A DNA stretch of 64,000 bases, from the NCBI GenBank assembly GCA_021813385.1, contig JAKAKT010000090.1, forward strand, positions 2,867 through 66,866, given 5' to 3'. The translations under genes and the position numbers were made by a program. Origin of the DNA: Candidatus Micrarchaeota archaeon (GTDB taxonomy: Archaea; Micrarchaeota; Micrarchaeia; Burarchaeales; JAKAKT01). Positions 7,819-16,050 of this stretch are shown in pieces. Numbering within the stretch: the stretch's first letter is position 1; each line of letters opens with the position of its first letter. The notes beneath the pieces were generated by a model. That model did no database searches, was not told the DNA's origin, and saw only the letters and a program-made list of their open reading frames with translations.

Positions 7819-8871
7819 TCAATAACCCGTGATCTGGTGACAGTTGGCCTTGATCTTCGAGTCGAGGATAGAACTGCATATCTGGGAGTCTTTCAAAAGA
7901 ACCGCAGTCTCCATGTAGCAGGCGTCCTTTGTGCCTTGGTGAGAGACTTTGGCGCAGGCTGAAGCCTGCTTGTTGTTAATTGCGAATTGCGTGTAGCAGA
8001 GGTCTTTTGGCGGAACAGTGTAGTGGAGGGCATTGTCTTGGCCCACTTTTTCGCATTCGGATGCATCAGAGACGACGGGAATCCCTGGGAACAGTGTCCT
8101 ACCGCCTCCAGCCAAAACATTCGCCCCTCCCTGGCTTGGAATCGCAGAAAGATAGGGGTCGATTGCTGCGAGGATAACGCCGATATACAAGCCCATGATT
8201 AACAGAATGGGCGTTATGATGACGATGAAAGACCTTAGCACGTCCATCTTGTGGGCAATCGAGATTGCGATTGTCTCAAGGTAAATGAAATAGAGCCCCA
8301 GACCGATTGGAACCAACATGCCGATTACTCCCCCGATACACGGAATGAAGGCCAGCACGATTTCAAACGGGACGAGTAAAACACCCAATACGAGTTGGAA
8401 TAAGATAATTATTGATAGCAGGCTTGCCTGCTTTCCGAAAGCGCCAGAACCGCCAAGAATCCTTGCAATGATATAGAGCACCGCGTTCCATAGGAGGAAC
8501 ATTATGATTCCTGCTAGCGGGTAGATTACGAGCACAAATACCCCGAGCCCTGCCAAAAGGACGCCCGTATTGCCTCCTGAACCCGTTACATTGACTTCTG
8601 AACGCATGGAATTAATCCACTCAAACAGGAAGGCGATTATGAGAAAAAATAATAAGACAACTACGAATAATCCGCCTGCCACCCTGACCAGGGCTTGTAT
8701 GATACTTCCCTCCTCGAGGTCGCTCTTGAACACCGCTCTCGGGTCAGTGAAGAGCCCGGTGAGCCAGAAAGGGGTGGAACGGGATAGCCTCTCTTCCTCC
8801 ACTGGCATCTTTCCGCCTTCAGGGCCCCAGAAGGTCATCTCAGGCATCTTCCCTTCATCGTTATCTTCCAT
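7819..8871 (-). CDS. multi-pass membrane protein (Yip1-like) with C-terminal Cys-rich extracytoplasmic domain
   Basis: 350 aa with ~6 hydrophobic helices and a Cys-rich C-terminal tail. Yip1-family assignment rests only on topology and general resemblance. Confidence 0.4.
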   Translation of the reverse strand: MEDNDEGKMPEMTFWGPEGGKMPVEEERLSRSTPFWLTGLFTDPRAVFKSDLEEGSIIQALVRVAGGLFVVVLLFFLIIAFLFEWINSMRSEVNVTGSGGNTGVLLAGLGVFVLVIYPLAGIIMFLLWNAVLYIIARILGGSGAFGKQASLLSIIILFQLVLGVLLVPFEIVLAFIPCIGGVIGMLVPIGLGLYFIYLETIAISIAHKMDVLRSFIVIITPILLIMGLYIGVILAAIDPYLSAIPSQGGANVLAGGGRTLFPGIPVVSDASECEKVGQDNALHYTVPPKDLCYTQFAINNKQASACAKVSHQGTKDACYMETAVLLKDSQICSSILDSKIKANCHQITGY

Positions 8872-9182
8872 GAGGTAATTTTTTTCTCCGGGAATTAATA
8901 AAGTTATGTAAAATGGGTTTGTTTTTTCGACGAAAAATGGCCCTTTAGAACTCCCACCAACAGTACTGCACCGTTGTGCGCAGCTCTGATGCTGTGCAGT
9001 CCGCTATCGGAGGCGGGCCTGCCCGTTCGAACGGGCATGCTGTTGCTGGTGGCGCTGCAAATGATGATTCTTACGGAGGAGCCGAGGTTTTGATTTAATT
9101 CTTAATATGATTAAAAAACGAATGTTTATATGCTGGTCTTTGCATAGTTATAGGGATCTAGCAAGCACTTGATAGTGATTGT

Positions 9183-9716
9183 ATGGCTTACAACGGGCCT
9201 GAACAGCGCAAAGCGAACTGGCCAATCGCAACTTTCAGAAAAATTGGCGAAACTAGTTTCGCCAAGCCAGAGGAAAGTGGGGGAGGGGTATGCCTGGAGT
9301 TTTCCCGGCGCTGCTACATGCTCGTAGAAACTGCTCGAACGCGACTGCGAGAGGACGTCAAAGGACTCGCGGATGGCAAAATCCCTGAGATTGAAGGGAT
9401 AGCCCGGGATGCGTCCGACATTCAAGCGGTTGTTTCAAAAGTTAGAATATTGTGTTCTCAGGTCAAGGAAAATTTGAAAGTTAGAAGAGACGACACGCTG
9501 GAATTTGTGTATAACCGAAGGAGCGGCAAAATTTACGCGATTATTGAGTATTCGACTCCGTACGAAGTGAATGTTGGGGCTTCCGAAGTTGGGGCCGTCG
9601 TGTCGCTTACTGGAGGACAAACGGTCTCTGCGAGTTTTATGCTTAAAGATGAAGATACCATAACCACATTGAAGGAACTTGATAGAATGCTGCCGTGTCC
9701 TAGAATTTCCGACTGA
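9183..9716 (+). CDS. hypothetical protein
   Basis: 177-aa ORF with no recognisable motifs. Upstream hairpin-rich GC island. Confidence 0.4.
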   Translation: MAYNGPEQRKANWPIATFRKIGETSFAKPEESGGGVCLEFSRRCYMLVETARTRLREDVKGLADGKIPEIEGIARDASDIQAVVSKVRILCSQVKENLKVRRDDTLEFVYNRRSGKIYAIIEYSTPYEVNVGASEVGAVVSLTGGQTVSASFMLKDEDTITTLKELDRMLPCPRISD

Positions 9717-9730
9717 TGCTGTTATTAAAG

Positions 9731-9761
9731 GACCATTTCCTTTTTTCGACGAAAAAGAAAA
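9731..9761 (+). promoter_or_regulatory. near-palindromic TTTTTTCGACGAAAAA element plus TTTAAATA TATA-like box upstream of the HNH gene
   Basis: The same CGACGAAAAA core occurs at 8922-8937 and 49522-49532, the latter directly abutting a TATATATA box. Confidence 0.35.
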
Positions 9762-9793
9762 CGTTTAAATACTGAAATCGATAAGTTAACTGA

Positions 9794-10150
9794 ATGCGGC
9801 CCAAGCGACCAGGGGCTGTGAAGCAGCTCTTAATGCTCATAGACGAGTTTAGGTGCCAGCGCTGCCATCTTGACCTATCTAAATTTCCAGAGCTTATACA
9901 ATTGCACCATATGATAGACCGCGAGATTCTCTGGCGGGCGAGGAGGGACGGGCTGCAGAGGCAGTTCCACGAGATGAGGAGAAACATCGAATACCAGCAG
10001 ATACTCTGCCCTGCCTGCCATGCGACAGTGCATGAATGCCGGGAAAGGAACTATTTCTTCCCGAACTACAACCTCAACACTTCTGGGAACAACGTGAAGC
10101 TCGCCCTCGACAGCCAGATGAGGATGAAAGTGAGAGTGAGGGAACGATAG
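9794..10150 (+). CDS. HNH endonuclease family protein
   Basis: CQRC ... LHHMIDRE ... N ... CPACHATVH: CxxC / HH / CxxCH arrangement of an HNH nuclease. TATA-like TTTAAATA about 37 nt upstream. Confidence 0.6.
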   Translation: MRPKRPGAVKQLLMLIDEFRCQRCHLDLSKFPELIQLHHMIDREILWRARRDGLQRQFHEMRRNIEYQQILCPACHATVHECRERNYFFPNYNLNTSGNNVKLALDSQMRMKVRVRER

Positions 10151-10206
10151 ATTCCCTCACCGAACACTATTTATATTTTTAAAGCGAAGTTTTTCATGGG
10201 GGAAAC

Positions 10207-11928
10207 ATGAAGCTTCTTTTCGAGGAACCGGCCTGCACAACCTGTGGCGCGTGCCTTTCCGTATGCCCAAAGAACCCGAAATCCCTAAACCTCTTGAAAT
10301 GCAGGCACTGCCCTCCTGAAAGCGCCGGCTGCAAGCCCGCCTGCCCGAGGGGCGCGATAAAGGAGTCGAACGGGTTCCTGTTTATTGATTCCGAGGAATG
10401 CGACGGGTGCGGGAAGTGCGCGAGGCAATGCTCAAAAGGCGCGATAGAAATCGTTGAGGATAAGGCAATCAAATGCGACGCCTGCCTCGGGAAGCCGAAG
10501 TGCATCGACTACTGCCCAGAGGAAGCGCTCAGGCTCCTCAAGGAAGAAGAGGGGATTCTCGGCTGGAGGGTAAGCGGGGAGAAGGCGGGATATTCCGTGG
10601 GGATACCACGGCTCTCGCGCGAGGAAGAGGGGATAGTTAACGAGATTTGCGCAAGATTCAGGGAAAACTCGAAGAAAGGCGAGTTCGGGGGCCGGGAGGA
10701 TGCGAAGTCCGAGCTTGAGGGAATTCTAACTGGTTATTGCAAGGATTCCGGGCTCATGATGGAAACCGACCAGTTCGATTACCTCTCGAAAATAACGCTG
10801 ATGCAGGTCTGGGGTTTTGGGCCGCTTGACCCAATGCTCGCGGATGACTCGCTCGAGGAAATTGCAGTCGTGGGGTTGGGAAAGCCGGTTTATGTTTATA
10901 AGCGGGGCGAAGGGTGGCTTGAGACGGATTGCTCTTTCACTTCCCAAGAGGTTTTTGTGAATACGGTAAATAAGATGGCGAGGCCCCTTGGAAGGAGGCT
11001 CGCCTACCAAACCCCGAGAATAAATTCCGTCCTGCCTGATGGCTCGAGGCTCCACGCATCGATGCCGCCAATATCGCAGCTCGAACTGACCATTCGTAAG
11101 TTCAGGGCCAATCCAATCTCTGCTCCAGAGCTCGTCTCGCTCGGGACCTTTTCCCCGGAGTCCCTCGCCTTCCTCTGGCTCGCGATGAAAGTGGACACCT
11201 CGATTCTTATCGCAGGGAACACGGCGAGCGGGAAGACGAGCACCCTCAATGCTCTCTTTTCCTTTATCCCGCTCGAAGAGCGCGTGCTCATCACCGAGGA
11301 GACCCCTGAAATAAACATACCGCATAAGCACAGGGTTTCCCTGCTCGCGAACACAGAACTCGGGATAGGGATGGGCGAGCTTGCTTCGGACAGCCTGAGG
11401 ATGAGGCCTGACCGGCTTATTGTTGGCGAGGCAAGGACTGCGGGGGAGGCAAAGGCGCTTCTGGATGCGATAACGAGCGGGCAGGCGAGAGGGAGCTATG
11501 CGACATTCCATGCGCACTCGGCGAAAGAGGCGGTCGCGAGGATGCGCGCTCTCGGCGCGCCTGAAACCGACATCGCGTCAATCGGGCTCATAGTGATACA
11601 GAAAAGGCTTGGGGGAAGCGACAAGGGCAAGGAAGCGAGACGGGCCCTCGAGATTGCAGAAGTGAGAATGAACGGGGGCGCTGTTGAGGCAATCACGATA
11701 TATGGATATGACTACAAGACCCGCTCGCTCAAGAGGACCAAGAATCCTTCCGCAGTGGAGGAAGAGGTCATGAATGCTCTCGGGTTTGACGGGAAAATGC
11801 TCAAGAAAGAGCTTTCAGACAGGTCGAAATTCCTATGTGGGCTCGCCAAGAGGAAAACGGGCTTTTTCGAAACAGTCGTCGCAATACAGAACTATGACAG
11901 GCTGCTGGGGGGATGGTTTGATAGATGA
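10207..11928 (+). CDS. type IV pilus/archaellum-family secretion ATPase (FlaI/TadA/PilB-like) with N-terminal tandem 4Fe-4S ferredoxin domain
   Basis: Walker A GNTASGKTSTLNALF, then ITEETPEI and the GEARTAGEA His-box region typical of GspE/FlaI ATPases. The N-terminal ~110 aa hold four Cys clusters: CTTCGACLSVCP, CRHCPPESAGCKPACP, CDGCGKCARQC, CDACLGKPKCIDYCP. Confidence 0.8.
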   Translation: MKLLFEEPACTTCGACLSVCPKNPKSLNLLKCRHCPPESAGCKPACPRGAIKESNGFLFIDSEECDGCGKCARQCSKGAIEIVEDKAIKCDACLGKPKCIDYCPEEALRLLKEEEGILGWRVSGEKAGYSVGIPRLSREEEGIVNEICARFRENSKKGEFGGREDAKSELEGILTGYCKDSGLMMETDQFDYLSKITLMQVWGFGPLDPMLADDSLEEIAVVGLGKPVYVYKRGEGWLETDCSFTSQEVFVNTVNKMARPLGRRLAYQTPRINSVLPDGSRLHASMPPISQLELTIRKFRANPISAPELVSLGTFSPESLAFLWLAMKVDTSILIAGNTASGKTSTLNALFSFIPLEERVLITEETPEINIPHKHRVSLLANTELGIGMGELASDSLRMRPDRLIVGEARTAGEAKALLDAITSGQARGSYATFHAHSAKEAVARMRALGAPETDIASIGLIVIQKRLGGSDKGKEARRALEIAEVRMNGGAVEAITIYGYDYKTRSLKRTKNPSAVEEEVMNALGFDGKMLKKELSDRSKFLCGLAKRKTGFFETVVAIQNYDRLLGGWFDR

Positions 11929-13645
11929 GCTCGCAGATTCTTTCCCGCAGTTTCGTTTTTTTTCTGAAGCTGGCCTGAAAAAAACATCCGAGAGCCTGAA
12001 GCTCGCGGGGCTTCGAGCTAAACCGGGCGGGTATCTCTCTTTCTCGCTCTCCCTATCGCTCGCAGTCTTTATCCTTTCCCTCCTTTTTCTCCTCTTGTCG
12101 TTCGAGCTCTTGCTCGCCATCGCTTTTTCGCTAATTGTTTTCGCTCTCGCTTATCTTTTCCTCCTCGGGCTCCCCTCGATTCTCGCCAAAAGAAGGGCGC
12201 AGGGGATTGAATCCGACCTCCCAATCGCTCTACGCTCAATCGCCACTGAACTCGCTGTCGGGGTCTCTTTCGAGAAATGCCTCGCACACGCAGCACAATC
12301 CGGCTATTCGATAGCGCCTGAAATGGGGGAAGCGATGGCTGAGATTGAGCATGGCGGCTCGAACGTCCCCGATGCCCTCAGGGGAATCGCGTCAAGAGTG
12401 GATTCCTTGGTCGTGAAGCGCGCTGTCCAGCAGATGATAGAGGCATATGGCCACGGCTCGAAGGGTGAGGGGCTGAGGCATCTCGCCGATGAGTTGATTG
12501 AGGCTCAAAAAGCAGGAACCCGCGAGCACAGCGCGAGAATCGCCTTCCTCGGGCTCCTCTTCGTTGCAGTCTCCTGCATCGTCCCGGCTCTCTTCCAGGC
12601 TTATGCAGTCGTCGGCTCGGCATTCCTCTCCTCTGCTTTCTCTGCTTCGGACATCTGGTTCGCATATGCCATCGGGTTCCCGCTCGCTGGAAGCGCGGTC
12701 CTCTTGGCAATCTACGAGAAAACCCCGAAAAATCTTGGGAGGAGAAAAGGGGGGATTCTCTCAAAAAAACAAGTGGTTCTCGCGGATAAAACTCTTGGGA
12801 GAATGGGGATTGGCGCGGGTTTCGGGAAAGCGCTAGTTTTTCTTATTGGCGCGGCAGTTCCCATTGCCCTCATTCTGCTTTTCGGGAGCTTCGCACTCAG
12901 ATACGAGCCGTGGATTGCGCTTCTTCCCTTTGCAATCCCGGTCCTGGTTTATTTTTTAATGGTAAGGAAAATTGAAGCGAGGACTGCCGAGATTGAGGCG
13001 AGGCTGCCGGATGCCCTGCTCCATGCTTCCTCATTTTCGAAAGGAACCCCGCTTGACAAAATCATTAAATCGATTGCTGATTCGGGATACGGCCCCCTCT
13101 CCATTGAGTTCGCGGCTGCGCACAGCCAGATAAAGTCAGGGGCTGACGTGCCTTCTGCGCTAAGTTCTATCTCGGAAGAGAACGATTCGGTCCTCCTCTC
13201 TCGCGCAACTGAACTCCTCTCGCAGGCCTATTCGGCCGGCGGGGAGATGAGCATGGCGCTCAAGGAGACCGCCGCGGACATGTTCTCGATTTTCTCGATT
13301 GTGAGAGAAAGGGAATCGACCTTAGCGCTGCAGAAATACACGCTCCTTTTTGGGGGGGCGCTCCTCGTCCCCCTCGTTCTGGGGGCGATAACGAACGTGA
13401 TATCGAAACTCGGGGGGCAGGGGATGGAATTGATTTCGAGCATGAGCTCTCTTGAAAGGGCCAGCCTCATTTCTGCTTCAATTGGCGCTGCCCAGATTTA
13501 CCTAGTAATATACTCCTTGCTCGCGAGCCTGTTCATAGCCCAGCTTGGGGGAAGCTGGAGGAATTTCATCGTGTATTTCGTGATGATGGCGCCGGTCTCG
13601 CTATTCGCTTACAATCTGGCGATGAGCGTACATGTGCTTGGGTAG
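11894..13645 (+). CDS. type IV pilus assembly membrane platform protein (FlaJ/TadC/PilC-like, two T2SS-F domains)
   Basis: Polytopic membrane protein with duplicated cytoplasmic helical domains. Immediately downstream of, and overlapping, the secretion ATPase. In-frame ATG at 11894; the upstream extension to 11774 is rejected. Confidence 0.7.
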   Translation: MTGCWGDGLIDELADSFPQFRFFSEAGLKKTSESLKLAGLRAKPGGYLSFSLSLSLAVFILSLLFLLLSFELLLAIAFSLIVFALAYLFLLGLPSILAKRRAQGIESDLPIALRSIATELAVGVSFEKCLAHAAQSGYSIAPEMGEAMAEIEHGGSNVPDALRGIASRVDSLVVKRAVQQMIEAYGHGSKGEGLRHLADELIEAQKAGTREHSARIAFLGLLFVAVSCIVPALFQAYAVVGSAFLSSAFSASDIWFAYAIGFPLAGSAVLLAIYEKTPKNLGRRKGGILSKKQVVLADKTLGRMGIGAGFGKALVFLIGAAVPIALILLFGSFALRYEPWIALLPFAIPVLVYFLMVRKIEARTAEIEARLPDALLHASSFSKGTPLDKIIKSIADSGYGPLSIEFAAAHSQIKSGADVPSALSSISEENDSVLLSRATELLSQAYSAGGEMSMALKETAADMFSIFSIVRERESTLALQKYTLLFGGALLVPLVLGAITNVISKLGGQGMELISSMSSLERASLISASIGAAQIYLVIYSLLASLFIAQLGGSWRNFIVYFVMMAPVSLFAYNLAMSVHVLG

Positions 13646-13686
13646 CGACCGAAACATATTTATAGTGGAATAAATACACTATAATC

Positions 13687-13935
13687 ATGGAAAATATACG
13701 CATGACCATCGGGCTCTCCGGGATTCCCGCTCACGTGCTCGAGAGGGCGGTCGAGGAAGGGCTCTCGGGCTCAAGAAATGACGTGATAAGGCAGGCGCTT
13801 GTCCTTTATGGAGAGAAGCTCGGATTGCTTGACAACGAGGGACCTCTTGATGAAGATGCGGCTGGCGCAATCGAGGCGGCAAGAGCCACAAAGAGCATAT
13901 CCCACAAAGAACTGAAAAAGAGACTGGGGCTATGA
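13687..13935 (+). CDS. type II antitoxin (RHH/RelB-ParD-like)
   Basis: 82-aa protein. 4-nt overlap with the downstream RelE/ParE toxin gene. Confidence 0.5.
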   Translation: MENIRMTIGLSGIPAHVLERAVEEGLSGSRNDVIRQALVLYGEKLGLLDNEGPLDEDAAGAIEAARATKSISHKELKKRLGL

Positions 13936-14180
13936 GCATAGAGTGGAAGGAGCCCGCGCTTCGCGACCTTGCGAGCTTGCACAGGACCTATCACATAGCG
14001 GTTGTCAAGAGAGTAGAAGTTGCAGAAGGAAACCCATCGCATTACCTTGAGCGCCTAGTCGATAGGCCTTATTTCAAATTAAGGGTCGGTGATTACCGGG
14101 TGTTCATCGAGTGGATGAAACCGAAACGCATCATTGTCCTGCGCATCTTACATCGCAAGAAAGCGTATAAGAGAACGTGA
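13932..14180 (+). CDS. RelE/ParE family toxin
   Basis: KLRVGDYRVFIEW...IIVLRILHRK matches the RelE/ParE signature (YRLRVGDYRiiY...I.rIgHRkd). Confidence 0.7.
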   Translation: MSIEWKEPALRDLASLHRTYHIAVVKRVEVAEGNPSHYLERLVDRPYFKLRVGDYRVFIEWMKPKRIIVLRILHRKKAYKRT

Positions 14181-14459
14181 CTAGATTTTCACCGGCCTTC
14201 TCTTCTTCGGCTTCATTGCGCCCAAAAGGAAGAACACCACTAAGGAGTAGATGAAGCCAAGGACAAGGCCGAGGGAATCGAGAGGCTTTGGGAGAATCAT
14301 CCTGAGCGAGTCCAGGGAACCACGGCTATCGGGGCTTGTTCCCGGGTAGACAATTAGCTGAATCCCCAGGTCAAGTGCGAACCCAACCACAAGAACGCCC
14401 ATGAGGGTGAGCAAGTATTGGACAATCCAGTCGTTCCTGGTCATGTAGTCGTCTTCCAT
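14181..14459 (-). CDS. small membrane protein (hypothetical)
   Basis: 92 aa with two hydrophobic helices and a Lys/Arg C-terminal tail. Confidence 0.3.
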   Translation of the reverse strand: MEDDYMTRNDWIVQYLLTLMGVLVVGFALDLGIQLIVYPGTSPDSRGSLDSLRMILPKPLDSLGLVLGFIYSLVVFFLLGAMKPKKRRPVKI

Positions 14460-14508
14460 GATTAGCTATTGGGATTGGAGTATTTAAAACCAGCGAAAAA
14501 ATGAGCTG

Positions 14509-15876
14509 TTATGGGGATGTTCCGGAAAGCTTCTTTATGGAAGACTCGAGATAATGCTTTTTCGAATTTACTTTTTTCTCGAGTTCGGCCAACATTCCCT
14601 CGAGCTTCTTACCCATCAGCTTGTCCCCAGGCCCGCCTGGGAGCGTCTTGAGCGACACGTTTTTCTTCGGGTCGAGCAGGTAGGAATATTTCGGGTCAGA
14701 TATCTTTGCATCGCGATAGGCGTCCCTGAAAGGAATTCCCTCCAGGCTCATTTTCGTCGCGAAATCAGCAAGGCACATCTCGGATGTGCAGGCAGATGAA
14801 CAGGCTTTCTCGTCAATTTTGAGCCCTGAGACGATGCCTTCCATTATCTCGAGGCTGGCCTTCGCTATCCCGAATCCCTTCATTAGCGCCCCCTTTGTCT
14901 CCTGCAAATCCCTGTGATAGCCAAGTGGGAGTGCGTGCATGGTTGCTGCCACTGAAACTTCCAGGCCCAGAAGCTTCGCTGATTTCGCGCGGATGAGCTC
15001 AAGGCAATCCGGGTTGCTCTTGTGGGGCATGATGCTGCTGCCTGTGCAGTAGGAGCGCGGGAGCGAGACGAATCCGTGGGAATCGTCAGAGTACAGGATA
15101 AGGCTGCTGGAAAAAGCTGAAAGGTCCTGCATAATCGATGAGAGCGCGAAGAGGACAAACTTCGTCGTCTTTCCCCTGGAACCGACCGCATTAAGTGTGT
15201 TCAGGTAAATTGAATTGAACCCGAGCTCTTTTGCGCTTAGCTCCCGGTCGAGTGGGATGACCGAGCCGAAACTGGCTCCAGCCCCGAGAGGGGATTTGCC
15301 GAGCGACTCGATGATTGCCAATGAGAGTTCGAGGTCCTCGAGCAATGCCTCGCAATAAGCCAGAAGCCAGTGAGAGACAGAGCTCACCATCGCTTTTCGC
15401 GAGTGCGTATAGCCTGGCATCGGGCAGTCGTGCTTTTTCGAGAGCGAAATGATTTTTGAACAAAGCTGCGCTGTCTTGGTGCAGACGCCCAATAGCTCCC
15501 ACTTCGAATAGAGCGCCAAATCAAGCGCCACCTGGTCATTGCGCGAGCGGCCCGTGTGGAGCTTCTTCCCGAGGTCCCCGAGATCTTCGGTAAGGAAGGC
15601 TTCGATATTCGCATGCACATCCTCGAGCTCCTCCTTGAGCTCGAATTTGCCCTGCTTGTGAAGAGCGATTATTTTCTTTAGCCCGACAATCAACTTCTCG
15701 CTCTCGCCTGGGCTAAGGGCGCCAGCCTTGGCGAGGACTTTTGCGTGCGCAATTGAGCCGAGGGCATCCCAGAAGACAAGTTCCTGGTCGAGAAGAATGT
15801 CCTCCCCGCTCAGGTATGCCTCGACTTCCTTCGGGACGTCTTCGCCCTTCTTGCTCCAGACTTTCATATCAATCAC
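14509..15876 (-). CDS. argH: argininosuccinate lyase
   Basis: HTGRSRNDQVALDLALY fumarate-lyase signature (GSxxMxxKxN region also present). Full-length ~455 aa. Confidence 0.9.
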   Translation of the reverse strand: MIDMKVWSKKGEDVPKEVEAYLSGEDILLDQELVFWDALGSIAHAKVLAKAGALSPGESEKLIVGLKKIIALHKQGKFELKEELEDVHANIEAFLTEDLGDLGKKLHTGRSRNDQVALDLALYSKWELLGVCTKTAQLCSKIISLSKKHDCPMPGYTHSRKAMVSSVSHWLLAYCEALLEDLELSLAIIESLGKSPLGAGASFGSVIPLDRELSAKELGFNSIYLNTLNAVGSRGKTTKFVLFALSSIMQDLSAFSSSLILYSDDSHGFVSLPRSYCTGSSIMPHKSNPDCLELIRAKSAKLLGLEVSVAATMHALPLGYHRDLQETKGALMKGFGIAKASLEIMEGIVSGLKIDEKACSSACTSEMCLADFATKMSLEGIPFRDAYRDAKISDPKYSYLLDPKKNVSLKTLPGGPGDKLMGKKLEGMLAELEKKVNSKKHYLESSIKKLSGTSP

Positions 15877-15929
15877 ATATCACACAATCAAACCAAATTC
15901 GCCCGGCGCTTCGAAGCACCGAACACCTT

Positions 15930-15970
15930 GGGGCCTCGAGGCCCCAGTTTTGTGTTTTGTTTTTTGTCTG
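15930..15970 (+). terminator. perfect 16-bp palindrome GGGGCCTCGAGGCCCC followed by T-rich run (terminator-like on + strand)
   Basis: Read directly: ggggcctcgaggcccc then agttttgtgttttgttttttg. Lies between argG and argH, both on the minus strand. Confidence 0.3.
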
Positions 15971-16050
15971 TTTTTGTTTTATTTTATATTTTGTTTGCTC
16001 GTTTGTATCGTTTTGTTTGTTGTGTTTTTGTGTTTGTTCCCTTATATTAT
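15950..16050. repeat. ~100-nt T/G-rich (minus strand: C/A-rich ACAAA-type) low-complexity tract
   Basis: ttttgtgttttgttttttgtctgtttttgttttattttatattttgtttgctcgtttgtatcgttttgtttgttgtgtttttgtgtttgtt seen directly. Confidence 0.6.

Noticed and set aside
9020-9037. GCCCGTTCGAACGGGC palindrome considered as a tRNA T-arm
   Set aside because: The loop would be 6 nt inside a perfect 18-bp palindrome. No matching acceptor or D-arm/anticodon arms could be assembled.
10726-11517. 263-aa minus-strand ORF inside the pilus ATPase gene
   Set aside because: Antisense shadow ORF inside a strongly supported CDS.
11774-11893. N-terminal extension of the FlaJ/TadC ORF back to 11774
   Set aside because: It would overlap 150 nt of the ATPase gene. 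The in-frame ATG at 11894 gives a conventional short overlap.
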